Source of the DNA: Leptospira sp.
Lineage (GTDB): Bacteria > Spirochaetota > Leptospiria > Leptospirales > Leptospiraceae
NCBI GenBank assembly: GCA_034439575.1
Contig: JAWXAQ010000015.1
Location: 32,001-96,000 of the forward strand
Direction: 5' to 3'
DNA length: 64,000 nt
Positions 10,707 through 19,556 of the stretch are shown piece by piece. Numbering within the stretch: position 1 is the first letter of the stretch; every line of letters starts with the position of its first letter. Below the pieces are notes generated by a model. It had not been told where the DNA came from, did no database searches, and was given only the letters and a program-made list of their open reading frames with translations. A program made the translations under genes and the position numbers.

Positions 10707-11030
10707 ATGAAATTCAATAGCATATACTTTATTATCATTCTATTTACTTTTTCATTTCAAAATTGTGCACTGACAGGATTATTCACGCCAGCAGGTTCTG
10801 CCTTTATAAAAATTGATTCGGACGCAGTGACCATCGGACCGGCTACCACTTTTGCAAAATTCGGCGAAGCCTGTAGTTACAATATAATGGGGATAGTTTC
10901 TTTTGGAGATACTTCAATTCGAAAAGCTATGGAAAATGGTGGTCTGAAAAAAGTGGGGATCATCGATCGATCTATACTGAGTCTATTTTTTTTATATGGA
11001 AAAGTATGTGTTGAAGTATACGGCGAATAA
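10707..11030 (+). CDS. TRL-like family lipoprotein
   Basis: Lipobox SFQNC; GEACSYNIMGIVSFGDTSI and terminal CVEVYG. Confidence 0.75.
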   Translation: MKFNSIYFIIILFTFSFQNCALTGLFTPAGSAFIKIDSDAVTIGPATTFAKFGEACSYNIMGIVSFGDTSIRKAMENGGLKKVGIIDRSILSLFFLYGKVCVEVYGE

Positions 11031-11357
11031 ATGTATCGCTTTATGCCTTTCACAATTTATTTTATTTCTCTTTTATTATGTTTTTCATGTGTTAGCACAG
11101 CCTCGTTTACAATCATCGGGTCTGCAAGAGCACATGCAACTTTGGAACCGATTGTTTCAGGGAAAAGTCTACCACCTTACTATAAACATGCGGAGTCCTG
11201 CAATTATAATCTATTTGGAATTTTTGCATTTGGAAATGCTTCCATTTTTGAAGTTATCACAAAAGGAAACATAACACAAATCGGTCAAGTGGACAGATTA
11301 TATTTAAAATATTCTGATCTTATTGGAGTTGTTTGTACAAAAATTTCAGGCAATTAA
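11031..11357 (+). CDS. TRL-like family lipoprotein (tandem paralogue)
   Basis: Lipobox CFSC; AESCNYNLFGIFAFGNASI and terminal CTKISG. Confidence 0.7.
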   Translation: MYRFMPFTIYFISLLLCFSCVSTASFTIIGSARAHATLEPIVSGKSLPPYYKHAESCNYNLFGIFAFGNASIFEVITKGNITQIGQVDRLYLKYSDLIGVVCTKISGN

Positions 11358-11444
11358 AGCCATTTCAATTCATAGAATTTCGGTCATTCTTCTTCCTTAA
11401 TCTCAATTTTTCAGATAATATACTTTACAGGATTAATACCTTCA

Positions 11445-11472
11445 TTCAATATACCCCTATGGGTATATTGAA
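11445..11472. promoter_or_regulatory. CsoR/RcnR/CstR-family operator-like inverted repeat
   Basis: Perfect 12-bp IR TTCAATATACCC-CTAT-GGGTATATTGAA, 24 bp upstream of the persulfide dioxygenase start. Confidence 0.7.
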
Positions 11473-11496
11473 CATTCAATTCCGAAGGAGGCTTGT

Positions 11497-12207
11497 ATGT
11501 TAACATTAGATCAAAAAGTGGAAATTAGACCACTATATGATTTGGAATCCGGAACTTGGACTTATTTGGTCATAGAGAGAGAGACAAAGCAGGCAATACT
11601 TATAGACCCAGTCATAGAAAATTTAGAAAGAGATATTAATTTGATAAATGAATTAAATTTAACTCTTGTTTATACAATGGAGACTCATATGCATGCAGAT
11701 CATGTCACATCCGCCGGTAAAATGAGAACCAGATTGAAATCGGAGTCTTTGGTTCCAGAATCAGCAGGCATACAATGTGCTTCAAACATTTTAACTAATG
11801 ATAGTATACTTACATTAGGTGACATTCATATAAAAGTAATACAAACACCAGGACATACACCTTGTTCAACATCATACCTTCTAAATAACTCTCACATTTT
11901 CACAGGAGATACTTTACTGATTCGAGGATGTGGTCGCACTGATTTTCAGGGAGGAAGTGCCGATGAACTTTATGATTCTGTTACAAATAAAATATTTACC
12001 CTAGATGATCATATCAGCGTATTGCCAGGTCATGATTATAAGGGTATGGTAACTTCTACCATTGGCGAAGAAAAAAAATTCAATCCACGCATTGCCAATA
12101 AAACCAAATCAGAATTCATCAATATTATGAATTCCTTAAATTTACCAAAACCAAAGAAGATTGACTTTGCAGTAATAGCGAATCAATCATGTGGGGAAAC
12201 TTTATGA
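11497..12207 (+). CDS. Persulfide dioxygenase (ETHE1/PDO-like MBL protein)
   Basis: ETHMHADHVT, TPGHT, TGDTLLIRGCGRTDFQGG, PGHDY, STIGEEKKFNPR; GGAGG RBS. Confidence 0.9.
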   Translation: MLTLDQKVEIRPLYDLESGTWTYLVIERETKQAILIDPVIENLERDINLINELNLTLVYTMETHMHADHVTSAGKMRTRLKSESLVPESAGIQCASNILTNDSILTLGDIHIKVIQTPGHTPCSTSYLLNNSHIFTGDTLLIRGCGRTDFQGGSADELYDSVTNKIFTLDDHISVLPGHDYKGMVTSTIGEEKKFNPRIANKTKSEFINIMNSLNLPKPKKIDFAVIANQSCGETL

Positions 12208-12569
12208 ACCTAATGATATTATTTTTAATTTTAGGGATGGGAGCTGGTGTGTTGGGAGGGCTTGTAGGAATCGGTGGTGGTATACTCCTTGTTCCTGCTC
12301 TCGTTTATTTATTTGATTTTTCGCAAAAAATGGCCCAAGGAACTACACTTTTAGCAATGGTCCCACCTATTGGAATTGTAGCAGCCTATATTTATTATTC
12401 GAGAGGTGAGACCAATATAATGGCCGCTATGCTAATTAGCTTTGGTTTTATTTTAGGAAGTGCATTCGGTGCTTTTTTTGCAGCTAAAATTGAAACCGAA
12501 TTGTTAACTAGACTTTTTGGAATTTTTACTGTGATCGTTGGTATTAAAATGGTATTCTACCCAAAATAG
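12204..12569 (+). CDS. TauE/SafE sulfite exporter family (half-size)
   Basis: GLVGIGGGILLVPAL, AQGTTL; ATGA overlap with the upstream gene. Confidence 0.85.
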   Translation: MNLMILFLILGMGAGVLGGLVGIGGGILLVPALVYLFDFSQKMAQGTTLLAMVPPIGIVAAYIYYSRGETNIMAAMLISFGFILGSAFGAFFAAKIETELLTRLFGIFTVIVGIKMVFYPK

Positions 12570-12973
12570 ATAATATCTATTTTATTTTAAAATGATATTC
12601 GCCTAATATATATTAGTATTATTAAAACAAAACAGAAAGAAAATAAATGTGGTTTAACTTTGTTTTGGTGAATCTTTAAAATGTAAGGAATAAATGCATA
12701 AAAAGTTATGAAGATGGCAAGATAGCTGAGATAAAGTTTAAAGTGGGTGGGCATGGGATACTATTATGAAAAGCATTTATTAATAATCGCTATTAGAAAT
12801 GAATGTCTTATAAAAATAAGCAATTGTTTTGTCAAAAAAAAAGATAAATTCGCAAACCAAGAATGGATTTAGATCAAATTATTATTTTAGCAAAACCTAA
12901 AATTGTCTGAACCTTGTGATAAATTTTGTGATAGATAATTGAAAATAACATTCACACATTCTAATTCATCAAA

Positions 12974-13342
12974 TCATTTCAAAACTTTGATCACTTTTTT
13001 AGGTTTCTTTTTTGCGGCGGCTCTTTTCGAGGCTTGAGTCGCCATAGCAAACCAAACTTTTAAATCCGATGCCTCTTTCCAAGCAGCCTTCGGGATAGTA
13101 AAATAATTCATTTCCACAGGTGCGCCAGGTTTTCCTAAATAAACGAAAGGTTTTTGCTTTTTACTTTTAAATTCATCTATCGTTTGTTTGTCGACCTTAA
13201 AATACAAAGTATCAAAAGCAAATAACGAAAACATTAGACCTTCAAAATAAATTCCATACCCACCAAACATTGGTTTAGCCACTACATCCCCAAAAATTGA
13301 TAACTTTTCCAAATAGGAATTTAACTTAACATTCTTAGTCAT
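12974..13342 (-). CDS. TfoX/Sxy N-terminal domain protein
   Basis: KPMFGGYGIY..LYFKVD..PFVY..MNYF. Confidence 0.85.
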   Translation of the reverse strand: MTKNVKLNSYLEKLSIFGDVVAKPMFGGYGIYFEGLMFSLFAFDTLYFKVDKQTIDEFKSKKQKPFVYLGKPGAPVEMNYFTIPKAAWKEASDLKVWFAMATQASKRAAAKKKPKKVIKVLK

Positions 13343-13448
13343 AAACTCTCCAAAATTAGTTTTCAAAATTAACTTCCGATTGACAATTCAATTAGAATAT
13401 GGCTTTATCTGCAAATCAGCATCAAATGTTTTTTTATAGGAGTCTCAA

Positions 13449-13829
13449 ATGGCAAAACTTATTGGAAGTTTATTTGGAATTATAGTTGTCTTAGCTCTCG
13501 TTCTTGTTGGATACACCTGGGTTGTCCTTAACTGGAGTTATTCTGTGGGTGACCGCGCAGGTTTTGTTCAAAAGCTATCAAAAAAAGGCTGGTTATGTAA
13601 AACTTGGGAAGGTGAAATCGCACTCGTCACTATGCCAGGCACTGTTGCGGAAAAATTTTATTTTACCGTGCGAGAAGATGCCATCGCAGATAAAATCAAC
13701 AAAGCCATCGGCCAACGCATTGTCCTCGAATACGAAGAACACATTGGTTTGCCCACAAGTTGTTTTGGTGAAACAGGATACTTTATCACGGGCGTAAAAA
13801 GCATCGACCCCTCTACTCCCGTCCAATAA
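13449..13829 (+). CDS. Conserved membrane-anchored hypothetical protein (KKGWLCKTWEG family)
   Basis: AGGAG RBS, N-terminal TM, motifs YSVGDRAGFVQKLSKKG and GETGYFI. Confidence 0.75.
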   Translation: MAKLIGSLFGIIVVLALVLVGYTWVVLNWSYSVGDRAGFVQKLSKKGWLCKTWEGEIALVTMPGTVAEKFYFTVREDAIADKINKAIGQRIVLEYEEHIGLPTSCFGETGYFITGVKSIDPSTPVQ

Positions 13830-13906
13830 TTAGAATCATTTTTAAAACGCCCTGGAGAAATCTTTGGGCGTCTCGACTTCCTTTCATAATAAAAATTAAT
13901 TTCAAA

Positions 13907-13962
13907 ACCGACCGCGCTTTACGCTCCAATCCTGCAGGGATTTCCGCTGCAATCGCTGACGC
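13907..13962. repeat. GC-rich REP-like intergenic element
   Basis: Direct repeats CGCTCCAATC / CGCTGCAATC around the hairpin AATCC-TGCAG-GGATT, in AT-rich DNA; only one copy in this window. Confidence 0.45.
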
Positions 13963-14258
13963 AAAAAAAAATGTAAGCTAACAAGAGTCATGTGATTTTT
14001 CTATATTTATACATTCAAACAACTCAAATTTTATTTTACAAAAACAATCCTCGTTCTTATCCTAATCGTCTCAATCATTTTCATGGCAACTATTTGTGAG
14101 ATTCACATAATCATCAATATCTATAAATTTTTATAATCAGATATTTCATTTTACTATAGGAAAATGATTGCATATTTTCAAATCGGGCTAAGATCAAAGT
14201 CCGATACAAAATAATTGCGAAAAAGTGTATTTCATAACTCGCAAAAAGAAGAGCAACA

Positions 14259-14981
14259 TTGGTAAAATTAACAGCAGAAATATTCATTCGTGAAGTAAGT
14301 TTTAAATCATTAGACCTTTCTGCGACCCCATCTCAAGATGGAACATTTCAATTGGAAATCAATGCGAAAGATTTGAAGGAATCAAATGCCGCAAATTTGG
14401 CTCCTGAAGTTTTGTCTATTGAATCCATCATCAAAGAAAATCTTCACAATATCCGTAAAAGTAATGTCACTGATCTACCGTTAGCTGAGATTATCGAGTC
14501 CGGTGATATCTCGATCAGATTGAAAGATGAATCGGGCAAACTTTACAAAATGGTTCAAGTTCTGGATATCAATTATGGACTCTTTCCAGAATATGTGGAT
14601 TTTTTTGAGTGTGATGCAGACATTTACGAATTTGAATTCTATCTTCTTTGCACCATTGTTCCACTCCAGGAAAAAGCATCTTTACTCATCACCTTTCAAA
14701 TCATTTCAGATCCTTTGGTAATCACAGCGGTTACGAATTATAGAAACAATCGAGACTTACGATTAATGGATATAGGTTCAGGGATATGTGTGAATGTATC
14801 AAGTCTTCCGCCTGATACTGAATCAGAAGAAGATAATTTTGAAATCGGCCAATTAATCCTATTGGAAAGGCTGATTTCAAAGATTCAAAGAAATCGTATT
14901 TCCAAAAAGCATAGAAAAAGATATTATATTTTGGGTGAAAAAATATTTAAAGAACTTCAAAAAAATGCGAGCAAACCATAG
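14259..14981 (+). CDS. Hypothetical cytoplasmic protein
   Basis: 240-aa open frame (TTG start) filling the gap; no motif recognised. Confidence 0.6.
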   Translation: MVKLTAEIFIREVSFKSLDLSATPSQDGTFQLEINAKDLKESNAANLAPEVLSIESIIKENLHNIRKSNVTDLPLAEIIESGDISIRLKDESGKLYKMVQVLDINYGLFPEYVDFFECDADIYEFEFYLLCTIVPLQEKASLLITFQIISDPLVITAVTNYRNNRDLRLMDIGSGICVNVSSLPPDTESEEDNFEIGQLILLERLISKIQRNRISKKHRKRYYILGEKIFKELQKNASKP

Positions 14982-14991
14982 ATAGGTGGAA

Positions 14992-15729
14992 TTACATTTT
15001 AGAATCTGAATTTTTAATAAATTCTTGGCGCAAAGTTTTTAGCTCTATAAGTAGGCGTTCTAAATCTCCCATACCTTTAGCTCTATAAATTCCACGTAAG
15101 TACATATTGGGATCCAATAAGAAAACATTTTCTGTATGTACAAAATCATTTAAATTGGCGGCACCTTTCAGTTCTGTGACATCGGCACCAAATTGTTCTC
15201 TAGCAATTGTATATGTAGACAATTTATCACCAGTTAAATGAGTCCATTTGTTTTCATTAATCTTGTAATTCTTTCTAAAATTCATTAATTCTTTTACAGT
15301 ATCAACTTCTGGATTCACAGAAATCGAAATTAATTGGACATCATTATCCTTTTGCCAATTGGGCAAAAACTTTTTCATGTTAGCAGTAATCATTGGACAA
15401 ATGCCATTGCATTTTGCATAAAAAAAAGTAACCAAAGTATATTTACCTTTCAATTCGCTCGGAGAAAAGGATGTACTGTTATGCGTTGTGAATGAAAATT
15501 CTGGCATTCTTTTTAAATCAGAAGGAAGTTCTTTATCTGTCACTTTCTTCCAGTAAGGATCCATATTTTCGCCTTTAAAAAATGGAAGTATGCCAGCAGT
15601 GGGACTAGATGTGAAAGTCAGTTCTTTCGGAAAGTTTGGTTCTTTTTCAGAACATTGAGAAAGGAAAATAAAAAATAAAATGAAAGTTATCCAGAGTAAT
15701 TGGATTTTATTATTTAAGAATGGGCTCAT
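14992..15729 (-). CDS. SCO1/SenC family lipoprotein
   Basis: Lipobox LSQC; FFYAKCNGICP, SVNPEVDT, FVHTE copper ligands. Confidence 0.9.
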   Translation of the reverse strand: MSPFLNNKIQLLWITFILFFIFLSQCSEKEPNFPKELTFTSSPTAGILPFFKGENMDPYWKKVTDKELPSDLKRMPEFSFTTHNSTSFSPSELKGKYTLVTFFYAKCNGICPMITANMKKFLPNWQKDNDVQLISISVNPEVDTVKELMNFRKNYKINENKWTHLTGDKLSTYTIAREQFGADVTELKGAANLNDFVHTENVFLLDPNMYLRGIYRAKGMGDLERLLIELKTLRQEFIKNSDSKM

Positions 15730-16297
15730 CTACACTCTTGATCGGTTTGCAATTTTTACTGCCAGGGAGTCCGACAGAACTACCATCTTCTGCAAAAACT
15801 TGGTTCATATAAATTTTACCATAACGATTCCATTTTTTTTCAACAAGTATCCTTCCTTCTTGATCAAATTTAGAATACACTGCAGGTTTACCATTCTCAA
15901 ACCACTCCCACCTATCACCTACATACTTCCCATCTTTAAATTCCGAATACACCCGGTCATTGCCATTTAAAAACCAAGAACGATGGATCCCAACTTTTAA
16001 ACCATCTTGATAGTATCGTTTTTCAAGAATTTGACCTTGCAAATTTTTCATGATAGATTCGCCATTTTCTAAACCATACTTATACTCTGTAATCTGTCTG
16101 ATTTCCATAGCGGGAATTTCTTCAATGTATCTGCCGGTAAACAATTTACCGTTATAGATCAGCCTTCCAGCTAACATCTGTATGCCAGCGTCTGTGGACT
16201 TGATTTCTTGCTTATGACAGGCCACAATGAATGTGGCCGTCAGAAGAAAATAAATTATCTTAATTTGATTAATTGGATACGGAACCTTTGTTTCCAT
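15710..16297 (-). CDS. MORN-variant repeat (YwqK-like) lipoprotein
   Basis: Lipobox IVAC; repeats YKYGLENG / YQDGLKVG / FKDGKYVG / WFENGK. Confidence 0.8.
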   Translation of the reverse strand: METKVPYPINQIKIIYFLLTATFIVACHKQEIKSTDAGIQMLAGRLIYNGKLFTGRYIEEIPAMEIRQITEYKYGLENGESIMKNLQGQILEKRYYQDGLKVGIHRSWFLNGNDRVYSEFKDGKYVGDRWEWFENGKPAVYSKFDQEGRILVEKKWNRYGKIYMNQVFAEDGSSVGLPGSKNCKPIKSVDEPILK

Positions 16298-17228
16298 AGA
16301 AAAAAGAACCCATCAAAGTATAGATAGTAGCTGTAGGGTCGCTAGTATAATGATAGTGATAGGTAGCTGTGCTAAAATGTTGAGTGACTGCTGTGTGACC
16401 ATGTAATGCATCTAGCGTAGGAGTAAAGTCGTCCGATGTAGTTGCAGTTCCATTATCACATTTTTGGCCATAAATCGCATAACCATCTAAAATGATCCCT
16501 ATGAGCGCAGAGTTACTACATGCGCCAGTATTACTTGTACTAGCTGCACTGTCGCATACTTTAGGCACTGCAGCATGGTGATGATAAACCCCTGTGTTTT
16601 GAGGGTGACCTTGGTAATTATCAAATGTACTAGCTTCAGCAGCAAGGGTATCCGGAGGAGCCGCCGCATTGTTAAAAATGGCTAAACCATTAACTGTGAT
16701 ACCGATAGACGCCAAACCAGCTTGCGTCCCATCTGTACCGCTGCCTTTCGTAGGTGAAGATGGAATTGTATAAACAAGTTTTTGACTTATCACCACATTT
16801 GATCCGGCTTTGGTATTACCTGATGGAAGGGCTTCATACAATGAGAATGAAGTGTTAGGTGTTTGTCCTGAATACGAAGTATAATAATAACTCTTTGTAT
16901 TAGGCACGTTTTGAGATTTAAAAACGTAACTACTTCCAGAAACATAGGCAGTAGCACATTTAAAATTGTCTTTAATCCAAGTTGGTAAAGCAGAATCCAT
17001 ACAAGTTGTAACGCCTGTTACGCAACCGGACGCAGTATTCAATGTCGCAGTTGAATTGGATACAGTGGTTCCTGTAGTTGTCGATGAGCTACAAGATGAA
17101 GAAGATGCTGAAGATGATGAGAGCAAAAGCAATGTAGCCAAAAGCTCGCTATTGTCATCTTTTTCATCCTTACATGAACTTAAAACCAAAGTGGCAGTAA
17201 GTAATATGGCGATTGATTTTTTTATCAT
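16269..17228 (-). CDS. YHYH domain lipoprotein
   Basis: Lipobox LSSC; IGITVNGLAIFN, GHPQNTGVYHHH, DGYAIYG, LDALHGH, TYHYH. Confidence 0.9.
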   Translation of the reverse strand: MIKKSIAILLTATLVLSSCKDEKDDNSELLATLLLLSSSSASSSSCSSSTTTGTTVSNSTATLNTASGCVTGVTTCMDSALPTWIKDNFKCATAYVSGSSYVFKSQNVPNTKSYYYTSYSGQTPNTSFSLYEALPSGNTKAGSNVVISQKLVYTIPSSPTKGSGTDGTQAGLASIGITVNGLAIFNNAAAPPDTLAAEASTFDNYQGHPQNTGVYHHHAAVPKVCDSAASTSNTGACSNSALIGIILDGYAIYGQKCDNGTATTSDDFTPTLDALHGHTAVTQHFSTATYHYHYTSDPTATIYTLMGSFFYGNKGSVSN

Positions 17229-17322
17229 ATAATTGTCCTAAATTTTCATTCCCTTAAACTAAGATTTTGTATTCGATTTTTGAAACTCTTCAAGCTAAAT
17301 ATTAACCCACAATGAAAAGACT

Positions 17323-17347
17323 GTCGTCCGAACCAATCGGGCGGGAC
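17323..17347. promoter_or_regulatory. Candidate AraC binding site upstream of the YHYH operon
   Basis: GC-rich imperfect IR CGTCCGA-ACCAA-TCGGGCG immediately after the AraC stop codon. Confidence 0.4.
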
Positions 17348-18481
17348 TTATTTTTTCTCGTTTTTTTCGGAAATATAAACAGAGGGTGTTCTGCCAGTAA
17401 TTCGTTTGAAGGCTTCATTAAAAGTCGATTTAGAATTAAAGCCAACTTGGTAGGCTAAGCTTAAAAAATTGGGTTTTTCCATGTCTAATGCCTCTAAATT
17501 GAGAATAAATTCTTTAATGCGAAATTCATTTACATAACTATAAAAATTCGTTCCCGCCACTTCATTCAAGGCTTGTGTGATATGGGCTCTGGGAATTTTT
17601 AAATGTTCAGCCAATTGGTCCAAAGTAAATTCGCTATTCAAGTATGGTTTTTTTGTTTCCATTAAATCTGATATAGCATGGATATAATTTGTTAATTTTC
17701 CAATTTCCAAACCGGATTTTTCATACTTCTTTTTTTTCGCCGGGGTCTGCGATATATGGGATTGCCCAAGTAACCAAGCAGAATGTAAATAACTTTGTCT
17801 CACTCCAAAGAGTGCGAATCCTATAGTGAAAATTAAAACATCAAATCCTTTGATCGATGGCAAATGAATAGAATACTGATTTGCAAAATGTTCATACAGG
17901 AAAAAGGAAAAACTATGATAGGCAACAAATAACAAAACTAAAATGATCAGAAAGATAAACCAATTAAACTCTATCGATTCAAAAACGGGATTCGAATTCC
18001 CTTTCTCTGCCACTTTGATCACCACATAACTTCGTATAGAGTAAAATGTTAGTGAAATCAAAGATACTATACTTAATACTAGCATAAAATTTCGACGCGA
18101 TTCAAAATCAAAAAATTCGAATCCATGTGAAAATTCGGCCCATAACAAAAACCAAAATACAAAGATAGCAAACACATATGGAATGAAGTGAATTCCATAG
18201 GCTCGCTTAAACCCAATCCCCAACAAATCTCGCAAATAAAAATAGAATAATGGACCTAACAATAGTTTAGAGATATGAAAAAATTCAAAATAACTCGGAC
18301 CAAACTTTTTACCCAAAATATGTCCGAGATGCAAACAGCTTAGGGCTGATAGAAATGCCAAAAACCAAAAATCAAATGAAAACCTGGGTCTCTTGACCCA
18401 AAGAATAAGTAAGGAAAAAACGGAAATCGTTAAGGCCACAACCGGAATCGGAAAAAAAGGCGGGGGTGGTGGATGGTGCAT
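17348..18481 (-). CDS. Membrane-bound (multi-TM) AraC family regulator
   Basis: 6-7 TM helices followed by KPYLNSEFTLDQLA, NFYSYVNEFRI, VGFNSKSTFNEAFKRITGRTPS. Confidence 0.9.
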   Translation of the reverse strand: MHHPPPPPFFPIPVVALTISVFSLLILWVKRPRFSFDFWFLAFLSALSCLHLGHILGKKFGPSYFEFFHISKLLLGPLFYFYLRDLLGIGFKRAYGIHFIPYVFAIFVFWFLLWAEFSHGFEFFDFESRRNFMLVLSIVSLISLTFYSIRSYVVIKVAEKGNSNPVFESIEFNWFIFLIILVLLFVAYHSFSFFLYEHFANQYSIHLPSIKGFDVLIFTIGFALFGVRQSYLHSAWLLGQSHISQTPAKKKKYEKSGLEIGKLTNYIHAISDLMETKKPYLNSEFTLDQLAEHLKIPRAHITQALNEVAGTNFYSYVNEFRIKEFILNLEALDMEKPNFLSLAYQVGFNSKSTFNEAFKRITGRTPSVYISEKNEKK

Positions 18482-18548
18482 ATAGAATTGGAAACCTTGA
18501 TTTGAAAAAAACTTTTCAAGTTATGTTAGCTAGTCTAAAAATATAACT

Positions 18549-19499
18549 ATGATGAAAAATTTTCTAATCCTAATCTTATTTTTCATATTTTATCAAAATA
18601 CTTTCGCTCTGGAAATTTCCAAAGCAAAGGATGCCAAAGAGACATTGTTTCACTTACTCTTAAAAAGGCAGACTTATCATTATATACCTTATGAATACAC
18701 GGCCCTCACGGATAAAAATGAATCCTTATATCCATCCAGAAAAAGTTCTGAACTAAAGGAAAATGGAAAAGTTCTTATCCCTTTTGTTTTTACGTATGAA
18801 AATTTAGCTAAGGCTTTAAAAGTCGAAGTCTCGTATTTTGAAATCGAAATCGTAAATGCAAATACATTGCTATTTGAGAATTCTCCTTCTCAAATCTCTG
18901 CGTCCAGATTTTATCTTTCACCTATGGCTCGATCAGAATTTGAAGGGAATGCTTATAAAATGTTCTATCTTGATCCACTCTGGAAAGTATCTCTCGGGGG
19001 AGGCATTCGCAATATCAACCGCTACTTATATGGAAATTATTTAAGCCAAGGTGCTTTCAAAGAATACTTTTTTACCTACGGCCCACAATTTTCAATTCAA
19101 TCGGAAGTCACTTTGCCTTATGATTTATATTGGAATCTAACTCTTGATATATTTTATACCCAAGGCACTCGTTTCCAAAGACAACCCCATTTAATAGAAA
19201 ATAAATTAACATATGCCTTTAACAATGCTGACACCGAAGGAGTTTTTAGAGGTTATGAATTTGATACTTCGCTCTCATATCAATTTCATTCAAATATGAG
19301 ATTATTTTTAGGTTTTAACCAAATCATTTCTAGATTTTCTTATCTAAATTTCAATGAACTGAGAGTGACATCAAATTCAAACAACTTAGGATCACCTAAT
19401 ATTTCGTTATCTGACGAGTTCAAATGGGAAAAACCAATTTGTAAGGAAAATTTTGATCGATTGCAGGGGATTTATTTTGGGCTTATGGTCACATTTTAA
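18549..19499 (+). CDS. Leptospiral outer membrane beta-barrel protein (LA_2444/LA_4059-like)
   Basis: Signal peptide (NTFA), amphipathic aromatic strands, C-terminal GIYFGLMVTF. Confidence 0.6.
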   Translation: MMKNFLILILFFIFYQNTFALEISKAKDAKETLFHLLLKRQTYHYIPYEYTALTDKNESLYPSRKSSELKENGKVLIPFVFTYENLAKALKVEVSYFEIEIVNANTLLFENSPSQISASRFYLSPMARSEFEGNAYKMFYLDPLWKVSLGGGIRNINRYLYGNYLSQGAFKEYFFTYGPQFSIQSEVTLPYDLYWNLTLDIFYTQGTRFQRQPHLIENKLTYAFNNADTEGVFRGYEFDTSLSYQFHSNMRLFLGFNQIISRFSYLNFNELRVTSNSNNLGSPNISLSDEFKWEKPICKENFDRLQGIYFGLMVTF

Positions 19500-19519
19500 A
19501 TCACTATTAATTACAATTA

Positions 19520-19547
19520 TTGACAAATGTATTTTTTTTGATATCGT
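19520..19547 (+). promoter_or_regulatory. Possible sigma70 promoter
   Basis: TTGACA-16 bp-TATCGT just upstream of the 19557 ORF. Confidence 0.4.
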
Positions 19548-19556
19548 TCGAGGGAA

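Noticed and set aside
12570-12973. 400-bp AT-rich gap as a possible pseudogene or sRNA
   Set aside because: No convincing ORF, repeat or stable structure was found by eye.
15710-16297. YwqK-type toxin-antitoxin system
   Set aside because: Only generic MORN-variant repeats are present, on a lipoprotein, with no toxin gene nearby.
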